From Daphnia carinata (Eukaryota), in the NCBI RefSeq assembly GCF_022539665.2, contig NC_081332.1:3720001-3784000 (forward strand): 64,000 nt of DNA, written 5' to 3'. The notes beneath the pieces were generated by a model. It searched no databases. It worked only from the letters and a program-made list of their open reading frames with translations, and was not told where the DNA came from. Shown here in pieces: positions 1 to 17,450 of the stretch. The position numbers and the translations under genes were made by a program. How positions within the stretch are numbered: position 1 is the first letter of the stretch; each line of letters starts with the position of its first letter.

Positions 1-2708
1 AATTTAACTGTGATTTCCTTTACTGATCCAGTCAGGATGCTGTAGTAGTTTATCTTCATGATCGAACCGGAACTTGTGGCGGTACAGCAGTGAAAAGAAA
101 CACAAAAAGAAGGAAGTTACAAGACAAGGAAAGGGATGATGGCCATCATCACAAATTGTCTGTTTTTTTTTTTCTATAGAGCCTATTCTTCTTTATTTCA
201 TTGTCGCTCCTCACACATGATTTCCATCTCAAATATGTGTGGATATATAGCTGTCATCTTACTCTATATCGATATGGCGATCGGAAAAGTGTCATTTCCC
301 TATCATATTCGAGCTATGGAGAACACAAGTATTATAGTTTTTATTGGTTTCATCGTCCGAGTCTGATGATAGCCTGTTTATTTCGAATCAGATTCTTCTC
401 TTGTCATATCGATTTGCTCAATAAAACACAAGAGCTTTTATGGACGCAATTTAAGTGATCAATTGGCAACGCTGTTAAATTGTATTCTCTAGTACGTAAA
501 AACAGCTGCAACTCGATTCAGGTGTGTGTGCCTTTTTGTGCTCCCCTCTTCTTTGTAATCTGTTCTCTTGTCGTAATCCGTTCAGTTCTGCTCACGTGTT
601 GGCCGAGAGACAAAAGGAAACATTTCACTCCCATTCGGATACAAGCAGATCGAGATAATCAGTACGTATTCAGTGAAACCCAATCTAGGAATGGGGGGTC
701 TTTATCATGTCCACGAGAGAAATCTTTTAGGTGTCGACAGGACACAAGTTGATGACGAAATTTTTGTTTTCCACATCATTTGGCGTCGTTTAAATTCTTG
801 GCGTTTTTCAGTGTGCAACATTCTAAGTCCCATCATTCACACTCACATAGTTCACCACCCTTACATGTCATTTGAGAGCAGCCATTACCACCCAGGGCCT
901 ATCTTTTCTCTTCATCTGATTTTTTTTTAGTTTTTCCAGTACTATCGGATTTTTTCTTTGCTCTCGTTTTTTTTCCCTTTTTCGTCGATGGAATTTTATC
1001 AGTTTTTACTTCCTTTACACAGAGATACGGGCGTTTGTGTTACTGGTTACACACCTACACACAGAAGACTTGGTTCGATGAAGCAGACTGAAAAAAGGGA
1101 CTTTGGAATGCTACTGCTGCTGTAAGTGTCATGTTCTTCATCATCGTTGTTATTAGATAGCGGGAAATGGTAACGCATTGAGTCAACGATATTCAAGATA
1201 TTTGATGACGAATGATGAGCAACATCATCGATGCTGCACAGCATTGGTTTTGTCTCATTTATTGTTTTTCTGCTGAATTTTGCATCTCATGTCTCGACAA
1301 GTCCGTTTGTCAAAAATGCAGCACGAAAGACAATACGATCGGTCCATAAATCTCTGGCATCGCCGACGGCACTTACAGTACGTCAGTTTTTATATTATAT
1401 GAATGGATTCAAATCTCCGATTACGTACCAACGAGTTCGTGTCGTAAACTCATGAAAAACAATTTTCCTCATGTAACCACGTTCGTAACAAGTACAAAAC
1501 AGGATTCGAATTCGGGAAATATTTAGACACACTCACGACTACTAGTATTGCCAAGTTGGGGGTTGGGTGAACGATGAATTGCCACTAAAACAAACAAATC
1601 GTCAACCAACTGCATAAATATTACTAGTCGTTACGTTACTATCGAAAAGAAAAAAACATAAACAGAACCAATAATTTATCACCCACTGAAAAATGACGGT
1701 ATGTCGAAACATTCTTCTCAATGTCAATAACAAAACTAACTCAATTTTTATTTTCTCATCAGATCTGTTGAACAACAGATGATGATCGGAAGAGTTGCTC
1801 AAATGTCTATAACATCCAAGTGCACACACAGAAATAATAGGCCTGTATTACTCGGACGATGCCGACGGACCAAGTCGTAGGCGAGTATCGAATTGCGACA
1901 AGTCGGTGAAACACGACCGCTTCTCTTTTTCCTCTTGGGCAGCAGGCAACAAACTGTTTCCAAGAAAGCTCCGTTGAGCAAAAATTAATAAAAAAAAAAA
2001 AAAGGGAAAAGAGAGAAATAGAGAAAACACAGTACTTGAATCGCACATGGAACAAGTCATATTATCTTTGATTAGGATTCGATATCAACAACTTCCTTCT
2101 TCTCCGCCTCCCCAAGTTTATTAATAAACTCTTGTTTCTTGATGGAAGAATATGAAGACGCTTCACTGGCGCCTTATTACCAACCCCTTTCTCTTTTGTC
2201 TTCTCTCTCAATGCCCTTTTTTTTGTTCCATCTTTATGGTGAAGTCCGTATCACGTGTCGTGTCATTTCCATCATCGCGTCAGAGGGTAACGAGGTAATG
2301 ACCGGGGCGGTAACCAGAGCTTAATCACTGCTCTTCTCGCTGGCAGTTCTAGATGCATTTTTCGATGGGGGGTTGTCTAAAGAGTGAATGCAATATTTTT
2401 TCCTTCCCCTTTTGTTTTTTTTTTATATTTTTGCACTCCAGTTGTCTGACCATCAGACGAGTTCTAATGTTTTACAATTCAAGAAGGAATAAAGACAGAT
2501 AGTGTGGATGGGTATGAGAAAGGTCTTTAACGTGACCTCTCTTTAAATGAGGTATCATGACTAGTTATAACGATGAATCTACGATGAAAGCGAATGAGAT
2601 TATAATAAGAAGGGGAGACGAGAAACAATTAGTAAAATTAATTAAGAAAAACGATTGCTATGTAATAGTGGCGTATGGACAATCTTCGCGTTTGGCGGAC
2701 GGTTTTGA

Positions 2709-5180
<2,472 letters not shown>

Positions 5181-5822
5181 TTAAAAATCACCGAGTGAAA
5201 AGAAACAACCCCTAAAAAAGGAATTAAACGTAACGAAATAACTTAAAGTATTTCTTTGAACATTAGCCAGAGGAATACGCAACTTAATAAGACTAACATA
5301 TGAAAGGTAACGCTAATTAAAATACCTCTAGAATGATTCCCAAATATGAAGTGTTTACAAAATATGAACACACAAATTTTTGTCACGTACACTTTACGTC
5401 GCACTGCGATGCAGTGGTCTGCTAACAAATCTGCTAACACAACAACTAAACAATTTCCAGTGGTTGGCATGTGACAGCAACGGACCCTATTATAATTTTG
5501 TAAAGAGTTAGTGAAAATGATATTAAAGTGTACGCTACTTCATTTTGCTTAATAGTTACGTTATTTTTTATTGGCTTAAGTATATTGCTATCTTTCAGTT
5601 TCAGTTGAACCCGTATCGAGAATGCATTTTAAATTCCAGAAAAGGATCCATGAGTGCTCAATAGATGTCTCTGTGTTAACCAACATAGATACAGTGACAG
5701 GTGACAGCGTGTTTTCCGCTTCTGTAGATGTGAAAATCGAACAGGAATAGCAATTTTTGAAAAAGCCCTAGTCGTGATTTTTTTCAGCGAAAGGGTACTG
5801 CCGAGTGTTCGAACGTATAGTC

Positions 5823-7215
5823 ATGCAAAACGTAATTAACACAGTGAAAGGTACGGCGCTTGGAGTTGCAGAATATCTTACACCAGTGCTTAAAGTACGT
5901 ACCACGTCGAAATCAACGTTGTAGTTTTTAGTTTTATTTTAACGATATTTATCTATAAATGTGGTTAACCTTTTTTTTTTTACAGGATTCAAAATTTAAA
6001 GAAACTGGAGTTTTAACCCCAGAAGAATTTGTTAAAGCTGGTGATCATTTGGTTCATCATTGCCCTACATGGCAGTGGGCAACTGGTGATGAATCTAAAA
6101 TAAAACCTTATCTCCCAAAAAATAAACAATTTTTACTCACAAGGAATGTTCCTTGCTATAAGCGTTGCAAACAAGTATAATAATACCGTAAACTTCATAT
6201 TTATTACTTGCCAATAGTAAAAAAAGTTTCTTATTTTTAGTTGGAATACACTGAGCAAGAAAAAATAGTTCAGCCAGAGGATGGTGAAGGTGGATGGGTT
6301 GATACACACCCTGCCAATGAAAACTCAACTGAAGGATCTGCAACAGCAGAAATGTCAAGCGAAGAAAAGGTAAACCATCTTTTCTTTCGATATAATATAC
6401 AAATATACTTTATGTTGTATGTCTGTAGAGTGATATGGAAGAGGCTGATGATATGCAAAATAATTTGGGGAATGCCATAGCTGATCTTGCCCTTGCTGAT
6501 GATGATGATGGTGAGGCTGCTGTGATGGAAGACAGTGATCTAGAAGATGAGGATGATGAAGTTAGTAATAAAGCTACCGATTTAAGATGCATATCATTTC
6601 CCGTTTTACGTAATAGGCAGAAGTCAAGCCAACCTTTGACCGCGAAAAAGTAAAACCGAAATTAACTGAGCCAAGTGGAGAAATTATTCAAACTAGAACG
6701 TACGACCTAAACATAACATACGATAAATACTATCAAACGCCTCGCCTGTGGGTTTCCGGTCACGACGAGGTATCACGAGATGTCGAAAATATGTTTCTTC
6801 ATCAACAAAAATTTTGTTGCACCATTTTACCCAGCGCTAATATCGAATTTACATCGTGCACAGAATCGTCATCCGTTATCAGTCGAACAAATGTACGAGG
6901 ACGTCAGCCAGGATCACGCCAAAAGGACAGTAACAATGGAGACTCACCCGCACATACCAGGCCCCCCTATGGCTTCTGTTCATCCGTGCAGGTATAACGT
7001 TACTGCAATTATATTCATGAACTGTCAACTACACAATAATAACATTAAAAAATCTTACATAAAGGCATGCTGAAGTCATGAAGTTCTTTATCCAAACTGT
7101 TACAGAAGGTGGAAGAGAGTTAGGTGTACATATGTACTTGATCATCTTTCTGAAGTTTGTTCAAGCCGTTATTCCTACTATTGAATACGATTACACACAG
7201 AACTTCACAATGTAA
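5823..7215 (+). CDS. Atg3: Autophagy E2-like conjugating enzyme Atg3 (multi-exon)
   Basis: [69 protein letters not shown]; catalytic SVHPCRHA; ends [17 protein letters not shown]. Confidence 0.97.
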
Positions 7216-7728
7216 TCAAATATGGAGGAATCTTTAAGCCATTTCTTGTTTGATTTTTTCTTAAAGAATCTTGTCATACAACCTGATGCATAGGCTATTG
7301 TTTTTAGATTAAAATACACCTTGTATTTGCATTTTCGAGAACCCGCGACCAGGTGCCACGACATTTGAAAGTATCGCATGATGTTGATAAGGTCATGCAC
7401 TTTTACTCCTAGGTTCCCAACTACAAAGATATGCCAAGGGATGTTGAAGAATTCATAATGTAATGACCAATACCGTACTCTAGTTTTTATTTTAAGAAGA
7501 TAGACTTAAAATTTTTTTGTCTGGAGTTAAAATTTTCTATGGCCAAAAATTTGGGACTGTTAATATTCGATACGGTAATGTCAAGTGCGGCAACTGTGGA
7601 AGTAGCAGAAGAATCTGCTGTTGTGAATTTTGCATGAAATTTTAGTTACAAGTTGTGCACTGAGCTGGTTTTGCGGCTTAATTGTTCACAGAATTAAGAT
7701 AGTATTTGAATACGCAACAATAGAAAAA

Positions 7729-8761
7729 ATGTTATCCTTTCGATTTCGTGCCATAGCTAACCTATCAACAGTGAAGAATGGTGTTTCTTTAAGCAACGTG
7801 TGTCAAAACACACAAAGTAAGCCATTGGTACATTGTTCAACCGGATTTTTTAAATAAGTAATTTCTACAGGCTCCTCAAGAATGTTGTATGATACCTTAT
7901 CTACCACAAACCCTTCTCCAAAGTGGCAACTCCTTAGTGCAGTTTGTCTCGAAAGAACACCAATAATAATGCCTCCAATGGCGAAAATTGAAGAAGAAAT
8001 GGCAGAAATATTTGAGAAGCTTGATACCACGAAAAGCCTCAAATCAGATCATGAACTAAAACAAGATGAAGACAAGTACCAAAACCAGAAAATTATGTTA
8101 CATAGTTTTACTTCATTGACATTTTTTTTTTACCTCAGAAAAGTAAGTGCAAGTCTTGTAGATGGAAATCAAGATGAGAATAATCCAGATGCAGCAACAA
8201 GACAGACCGCTCAAGATTTTGAGGATGCATGTAATGAAGAACTTAATAAATTCATACCTTCTCCCAGGATAACAGGTACCTCCTTGATTTAAAAAAAGGG
8301 AAATATAATTGTTTATACAAATGTTTTACCTAGCTGAAGATTTGAGTGGAGATCGAAAATCTACAAATAGAAAACTGGACAAGCACCTATTGTTTGTTGT
8401 TCAAGAAAAAAATGAAGGCAAGAAAATTTGGAAGCTTCCCCAAGCTCAATGGATAAACGGAGAGACGCTACGTGAAACAGCAGAACGAGCCTTAAAGGAA
8501 CATGTTAAAACACCCGATACGTCAGTGAGAGTGCTAGGAAACGCTCCATGGGGTGTGCACACCATCAAGTATCCTTCGGCGACTCGGGAAAAGGTAGGCT
8601 TTACTGGTGCAAAGATCTTCTTCTTCAAAGCACAACTTCTTTCTGGGTGCACGACTTGTTCAAACACAGAATACCATTGGCTGGGCAGAAACGAGCTTAC
8701 AGAATATTTTGATCCGCAATACTTGCGTAGCGTCCAAAAATTTCTTATTGATGAAGATTAG
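7729..8761 (+). CDS. mRpL46: Mitochondrial ribosomal protein L46 (mL46), about 4 exons
   Basis: Basic presequence-like N-terminus MLSFRFRAIANLS; KWQLLSAVCLERTP; LKSDHEL; RKSTNRKLD; WKLPQ..ETLRETAERAL; GNAP; GAKIFFFKA. Confidence 0.88.
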
Positions 8762-9511
8762 TACGGTTAAACGTAGGATTTGTTAGACAAGTCATAAAAT
8801 ACATCATTTTGTCTCCCATTTCCGTTTCCATAACGGATATCCCCATCCCATTTAAGCTAAGTGAAGAAGTAGATTGGTTTGCACATTATATTTTCATCAA
8901 TCAAGATACTGTTCGATGTACAAGTATAGCATGGTCTCAAGCTAGTTCATAAGAATGAGAGTTATGAAGAAGTTATCAAAAAAAAAAGATAGAGAAAACG
9001 AAATTTACTTTAAAATGTCGACAAAAAGGAAAAGAAAGAACCGATTAGATAAGAAAAAGCAACTTAACTGATGGCCAAACTTGCAATAGCCCAGTGATTG
9101 TTTTCGACATTACAAATCAAGTTAACTTATTTTTCAGCTATCGTACCACAAAATGTTCCAACGTGACTATTCGATGGCCAAGTCCCGAAAGCTATATGCT
9201 TGAAGGAAACACAGTCGAAAAGCGAGGTTAGAACAAAGATTGAAAAGGAAAAGTGAACGAAAGCAATTTTACAAACTGTTTCTAAATGAGAAATGAGATG
9301 CAATCCTGTAAATCTTAGCTGTTCATTACTTCAAATGTCCTGCTATAGAAGTTAGTAGTGTGTTTTAGGTTTTGAAGTCGGTAAAATAACTTGAGTTTTA
9401 AGAACGGACGCACCACTTTAATACAAGAAAAAAACAAAAATAATCAAGAAAGTTATGAAGGGAAAGATAAGGGCAAAGGAAAAAAACAAAAACAAACGGC
9501 ATTGTCGCTTT

Positions 9512-11659
<2,148 letters not shown>

Positions 11660-12400
11660 TTACAAAATCACAGATGATTAAAGTATTTTCTTGGCAAAAC
11701 AACGTTGTGAGAAGGAATTTCCTTTTCAAGGCTAGGCCGGATGTGCACCACGGCGAAGTTTTCTCAAGAGAAACTAATATTGGCCAATCACTTAGACGGT
11801 TTAGCTGTGTGCAACGTCGAATTACACTTCTCGAAACTCAAAAACGAATAGCATTTCTCACAAATATTTAACAATATTGACTATCAACTGACGTTTCCAC
11901 GATTGTTTGATTAACTTGACACCGTAGTTTTCAGGGCGCTACGAAAGTCAGACAGCCATAATTTTGGGAACCCTAGTTCAACATTTACACACCAGTCTTT
12001 TTTTAACCAATGGAATTTTCGAAAGGACATTTGTTTAAAATATTTCATTAATATGAGATATCATTTTTGAAAATCGTGAATAACTAATATAGAAAGGTAA
12101 CAAACGAAGTCTCTGTTTTGGTTGCTCGTCAAATCTGAATTTTAACAGCTTTTTGAATACCATGCAATGCGAAAAAGCTGGCAACGTCGAATTCCGAAGG
12201 TTCATTTGAATAAAGCTCATTTGAAAAGCCCCTTTGAGAATTCTACGACGTGTTTAGACCTGCTCAAAGAAAGTAATCCAGTGTGCAAATTTTTACCTTG
12301 ATATTTTAGAATTCCTGTCCCACAAATGGTAGAAAATCAGTAACATTTACCACATATATAATTTTCCTCAAAATTATTATAGATTTTATTTTTATCGAAA

Positions 12401-14872
12401 ATGAAATTTATTCTGTACTTTATGGCTGTAATTGTACTGGGCACCAGTAGTCAGTCTAGTTTAGTGGGGTGGATTTTAGGCAGGGATAGCTCTCCTTTTA
12501 ATATATTGAATAGTGAAAAACAATTTGACAAACTTATGACTGCAACAAATGAAGAACATAAGATAGAAGCATATGACCCAAATGAGAATGCCATGGAAGC
12601 GAAATCTGATATTCCATTTGAGCTTAGTGTGGCAGATGAGAAGTTCATTGCAGATGCACAAAAATACACTGATCTAAGTCTAAGTGAGCTGGATGTCTGC
12701 CAACATAAAGTAAGGATTTTGTTTTGTGTTTTATGGAGTGTTTAAAGCAAGTTTTGCTATAAAATAACAATGGTTAATGCCTTAACAGTTGATCCTCCAA
12801 CTGAAACAAGACTGTAATGATCTATCAGAGGAGGATCTATCGAAGTTGGGAGTTAACCTTCTGAACTGCCAGTCAAGGCTCGAAGGAAGAAAGGTCTTTC
12901 CATGCACATCTTTAATGGTAACATCATTTAAACAGTATTTGAATTAACAGCTTAAACTGAAATTTTGGTTTTGGTTCCAGTCCTTGAAAGAATGCACTAG
13001 TGAAATGGACTCTGACACATGGAATGCATACCATATTCTTTCAAATAGAGCAAGATCAGTTTGCTATGGAGCCAGGCAACAACAATTCCGAGCCTTGACT
13101 CAAATGACAGTCAACAAACTTATGGCTAGTTCGAGCCAACAGTTGGGATTTATCAGAGAACTCAAGGTTTGTTTCATTATTAAGTAACCAAGTTTAAAGC
13201 TTGTTAAATGATTTATTACCAGGCTGAGCAAGAGGAACTAGGATCATTGGCTGCAGATACTTTGACATCTTTAACCAAAGGTCAAGAGCAGCTATTGGAG
13301 CAGCAAGAGCACCTAAAAGCCACCCAGCAGATAGCTTCACAACAGTTAAGCAGCACAATTAGAGAACTGTCAAGGTAATGTTTCCTTTATTGTTACTGTT
13401 AGTTTCAAATTGACATGGTTTTCATTACCTACAGAGAGCGCGCTGCTGCCTATGCAGGTCAGCGCCAACTTTCCGCCCTAAGTGATTCGTTAAAAGAAAC
13501 TTTGGATCAAGCCGCGCAGTTGGCGATGGAACAAGAAAACGAACGAAAGGTAGCACAACAACAACTCCTGAATTCTTTGATGAATATTGAAGGACACGTA
13601 GGCGAAGTTTGGAACCAATTAGGTATTAGTATACTCTCATAGCTCTGTGGCACGACTATAACAACTTTTAACGTTTTAGAGGAAAGCGTAAATAAATTAC
13701 TAACTCAACAAGATCATGCAGCGCAAATGCAAACAGAAACTATAGAAACGCTACAGCGACTAAACCATACTTTTCAGTTTTTGTTGAGCGTATCCGAGAA
13801 CAGCCGAGAACAACTGAATTGGATTCAAAGCTTGGTTGCTAATACTGGTAATTGCTATTGTGTAAGTTTCTTATTTTATTTTCAATTTTAATGAGAGTTG
13901 AAAACAGAAAAAAAGGTCGGGAAGCTGTCGACCTGGGTTCTCCACGTCTGCTATTTCCTCTTGGGCATGTTGTTGTTAGGTAAAATTCGCATCATTAGCG
14001 GTGAAAAAGTGTGATTCGTTCTTCCTAAACACATTCTTTTTTTTTTTTTTTTTCGTATTATCATTTAGCATTCGTACAAGCCCCATCGTACATGCGGTGG
14101 ATATTTTTGTTCTTGGTTCCTATTAATTTATCAATGGACCTTCAGCAAGGTGTTGCAATGGATGCTCCGGCCCTCGTAGGCCTTCTTTTTGTCGTTTCTA
14201 CTGGTAGTTTTGTTTTTCTTTAGTTTTATGTAACTCCGCGTTATTGACTTGTGTTATTATTTTCAAAATAGGTTATCGAGTATTCTTGTATTTGAAATCC
14301 CGCTGCAAGCCTATTCCGCGCTCTGTTGATAAGCCTCAGGAGATCCAATATCGTTCTTCTACTCCAGATGCGAAAGAGTTTGCGACGAGCATTACGGACA
14401 ATACGGTGGAAGACCTGCTCGAGGGCTGCACTTTGCTGAATGACACATTCGATGGAGATCGTAGCAGCACGCCGCTGCCTTCCCCCTCGTTCGAAATGTT
14501 CATTTCGCAACAGAAACATAAAAGCGTTCGTTCACTTCTACAAGACAGCAAGCTTGGTGATACAAGTTTTGGAAGCGCTATTCATCGTCGCAGCCCTAGG
14601 AGAGCGAACACTTCGAATTCGTTCAGGGAGCCTTCCCCTACTCGATCTGTAGCTTCAAACATCTCGATCAATCAGTCGAGAAGGTACTATAATGCATATA
14701 TAGATGTAAAAATTCATTATTTATTAAATTCTTTTTTAAAATTGTAAATAATAGTGGTACACCGCGTCGACCGGCTACTCCTCGCCGCAATTGCTCTGGA
14801 ACATGCGTAGACGGCTCTAGTTGCCGTAACGCATGCATGAGGGATTCCGTATTTTGCTGGCAGCACAAATGA
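12401..14872 (+). CDS. bmb: Brambleberry-like nuclear envelope fusion protein (Kar5/Gex1/Bmb family), multi-exon
   Basis: Signal peptide; Cys-rich domain (CQHK..CNDLSEEDLSKLGVNLLNCQSRLEGRKVFPC..CTSEMDSDTWNAYHILSNRARSVCY); long Q/E-rich coiled coil; hydrophobic TM segments at ~13930-14300; C-terminal CCCH motif CSGTCVDGSSCRNACMRDSVFCWQHK-TGA. Confidence 0.85.
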
Positions 14873-15513
14873 ATTACTTCTTCAATAACTTGGGTGATTT
14901 TTTTTCATCTTATCCTTATACAAAATTTATATGCTTTTAACTCCTTCCTTTCCAACTTATTCTGTGAAAAAATACACGACTTAATTCATGATTGAATTTT
15001 TAGATTCAATATGTGTGCTTATTAAAGCAACGACGAAGGATGGCACCTGCGGCTCCAATTCAAGGTAGGGCCCAATTATCCTCTCACTTCTTATGCATGA
15101 GCACGTGTTTTGAGGGAAACGAACGAGTTCTTTTATCACCATCGAAATTTTTTGGCTTTGACAACAATAATCGACAGTCTCAGCGTAGGATTTTTTTTTA
15201 AAATTCCTTTCTCTTCCGATTTTTTGATTTGCAATTGCACAGTTTTGAATAAGGTTCTACTACCTTCAATTGCAAAAAAAAAGAGGAAGAAATGAAACTG
15301 CGTTTATGAAAAAGTGTACACTGTAATATGCGTCTTGAGTATTTTGCGGGCTGTTTTTTATTATTATTTACAATAATAACACGAATGGTTCAATCTCGGC
15401 GTCTTGGCGTAGTCTGGATGTGAATAGGCTCTGATTATATTTGTTTCCGGCGCAGGGTGAAGTGATGTATGAATCGGAATAGTAGAACAAACGTTTTTTC
15501 TTCAGATAGTTGT

Positions 15514-16536
15514 CTAGGTAACATTTGCGTCATATAGACAACATTTACGCTTAACGGCTGAGGAAAACTCGTGGCTGCGCCAGATGTACATGATTGGATT
15601 GTAAACGGTGTGAACGAGAACAAGCTCCCGAAAATATGGAATCATCCAAGTTACGGCCGTACAATCGTCGTAGACGTGACCGCAATAGAAGGCTCCTAAC
15701 CATACAATAAATATCGGTGAAGAAATGATAGCCAGCGATGTGACACCTTGCGCTAATGTCCACGCGGCTTCTATTTCGAGTTTACTAATTGCGTTGCTAC
15801 CGACGTGGACGAAAAATTCTGGGGATTTTGTCGTTTCTTGTTCGGGGACATCCATTCGGTTTTGCATGCGATCTGCTTGTGATAATGAGCCCATCGATTG
15901 ACATCGGCCTTCCCTGTGTCGGAGGAAATACGTTTTTGTCTTCAAATAAATGACGATTTGAGCAATGAAGCAACTAGTAACGAGTACAGTTAATGTAAAG
16001 ACAATGATTTTTCCGTGCGGCTCGTTTTGATTGCAACTGACGTTTTTCGGAATTCCGTACCAAAAATACGGTGTTTTAAAGAGGATGGAAAGAAGGACGA
16101 CTCCCGTTAACTGCCCAGCGATGATGAGTTTGACGGACACTTTGTTTTTGTGCCAAAGAGGGTAGGTGATGGCGACGAAACGATCAATCAAGCCCAGCAG
16201 TAGATTTAAGAGCAAACTTGCGTAGGGGATGCCAACGAGAAGAAAAAATATCCAGCAGGCCGTTTTGCTTTCGGGCATCAGGTAGAAGACGATGAGTTCG
16301 TTGACGCTCACCGATTGGGCAAACAAATTGGAAAAGGTTACACCTAACCAAGAGATGTGACGAGGCTTGTGCAATCGCCGTTGCACGATAATAACAACGG
16401 CGATCAACAGGTTGAGTGGTGCACCGACCGAAACACAAGTGATGATGGCCAGCGGCAGCAAGGCAAAGACGGTAACCGGTTCCGTCTTGTTCGTTCCATC
16501 GAACACGATTTCGCTGGAAAGTGGGATGGAAGACAT
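15514..16536 (-). CDS. Intronless orphan class A (rhodopsin-like) GPCR, 340 aa
   Basis: Seven hydrophobic segments, N-terminal glycosylation sequons, TM1 Asn, DRF (DRY variant) in IDRFVAITYPLW, NPIMY (NPxxY) in TM7 and C-terminal CC. Confidence 0.9.
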   Translation of the reverse strand: MSSIPLSSEIVFDGTNKTEPVTVFALLPLAIITCVSVGAPLNLLIAVVIIVQRRLHKPRHISWLGVTFSNLFAQSVSVNELIVFYLMPESKTACWIFFLLVGIPYASLLLNLLLGLIDRFVAITYPLWHKNKVSVKLIIAGQLTGVVLLSILFKTPYFWYGIPKNVSCNQNEPHGKIIVFTLTVLVTSCFIAQIVIYLKTKTYFLRHREGRCQSMGSLSQADRMQNRMDVPEQETTKSPEFFVHVGSNAISKLEIEAAWTLAQGVTSLAIISSPIFIVWLGAFYCGHVYDDCTAVTWMIPYFRELVLVHTVYNPIMYIWRSHEFSSAVKRKCCLYDANVT

Positions 16537-17450
16537 GCTCGTTTCGATTTACATTGATAAATGGCCGTTCATCACTGAATTGTTGACTTAATATGTATAT
16601 TTTCCGTGGAAAGGATATGTGGAGTACTCGGGCGCTTGCGCACACCGCAACAATTTGTCTTCATTTTGAACGATCATTCCTCTTTTGAATATTTTATCTC
16701 TTTTGTGCTCACGCATTGCTTTTGCCCTTCAATGTACTCAGAACTTCGTAAAGATGTATTCTCAAAATTAAACAATTAATTTCCAGTCTTTATGTCGGCT
16801 TACCGCGGTCGCTAATCCTATTCGCAATAGGAAAGTTTGAATAGAATTAAAATGCATTTTCGGCATGCTTCTAAAGAAGTCATCATGTAATTTCAGCGGA
16901 TCAGTAATTTGTATCCCCTTCCACTGGAGATAGGGAATCGTGTATTGTCATGGCAACAAATCCCACCAACAAACAATTTGAGTAAAAAACGATACAGACA
17001 AATGGAGGCATACCCGATTCTTTTCTTATTGAATCCCGTCGTCTTAATCAGTAAATGGAGGAATTCTTTTGAAATAATACGCTGGCCATTTATGCAGTTT
17101 GTGGTAACCACGACAAGCTGAATGAAATGGGTCAGTACTCTGTTTGTTCTAATGGGTTCAAAAGAACCGCATTCATTTTTAAAAACGGACCTATAATAGG
17201 CTACTTTGATTTGAGGAATCCATTAGAAAAGAGAAAAACGTATCAACGATTTCCCTCGACATCTGGCAAAACGTTGCAACGTACATCATATTCCCACCAC
17301 AATTTTTTTTAAAACTACAATGTAAAAAATCCATTTCACTATCCCATGATAGATTGAAAGCACCACACGACCAACCAGGAAAAAAAAGGAGCAAAAAAGA
17401 TGCCGAATTTTTAAAAAACAAATACAGCAATTTTAAATGATATTAGCCGT

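Noticed and set aside
1..2700. Short ORFs and possible alternative AMPK terminal exons (~1850-1980, ~2260-2350)
   Set aside because: No homology or convincing splice chain; most likely UTR or intergenic sequence.
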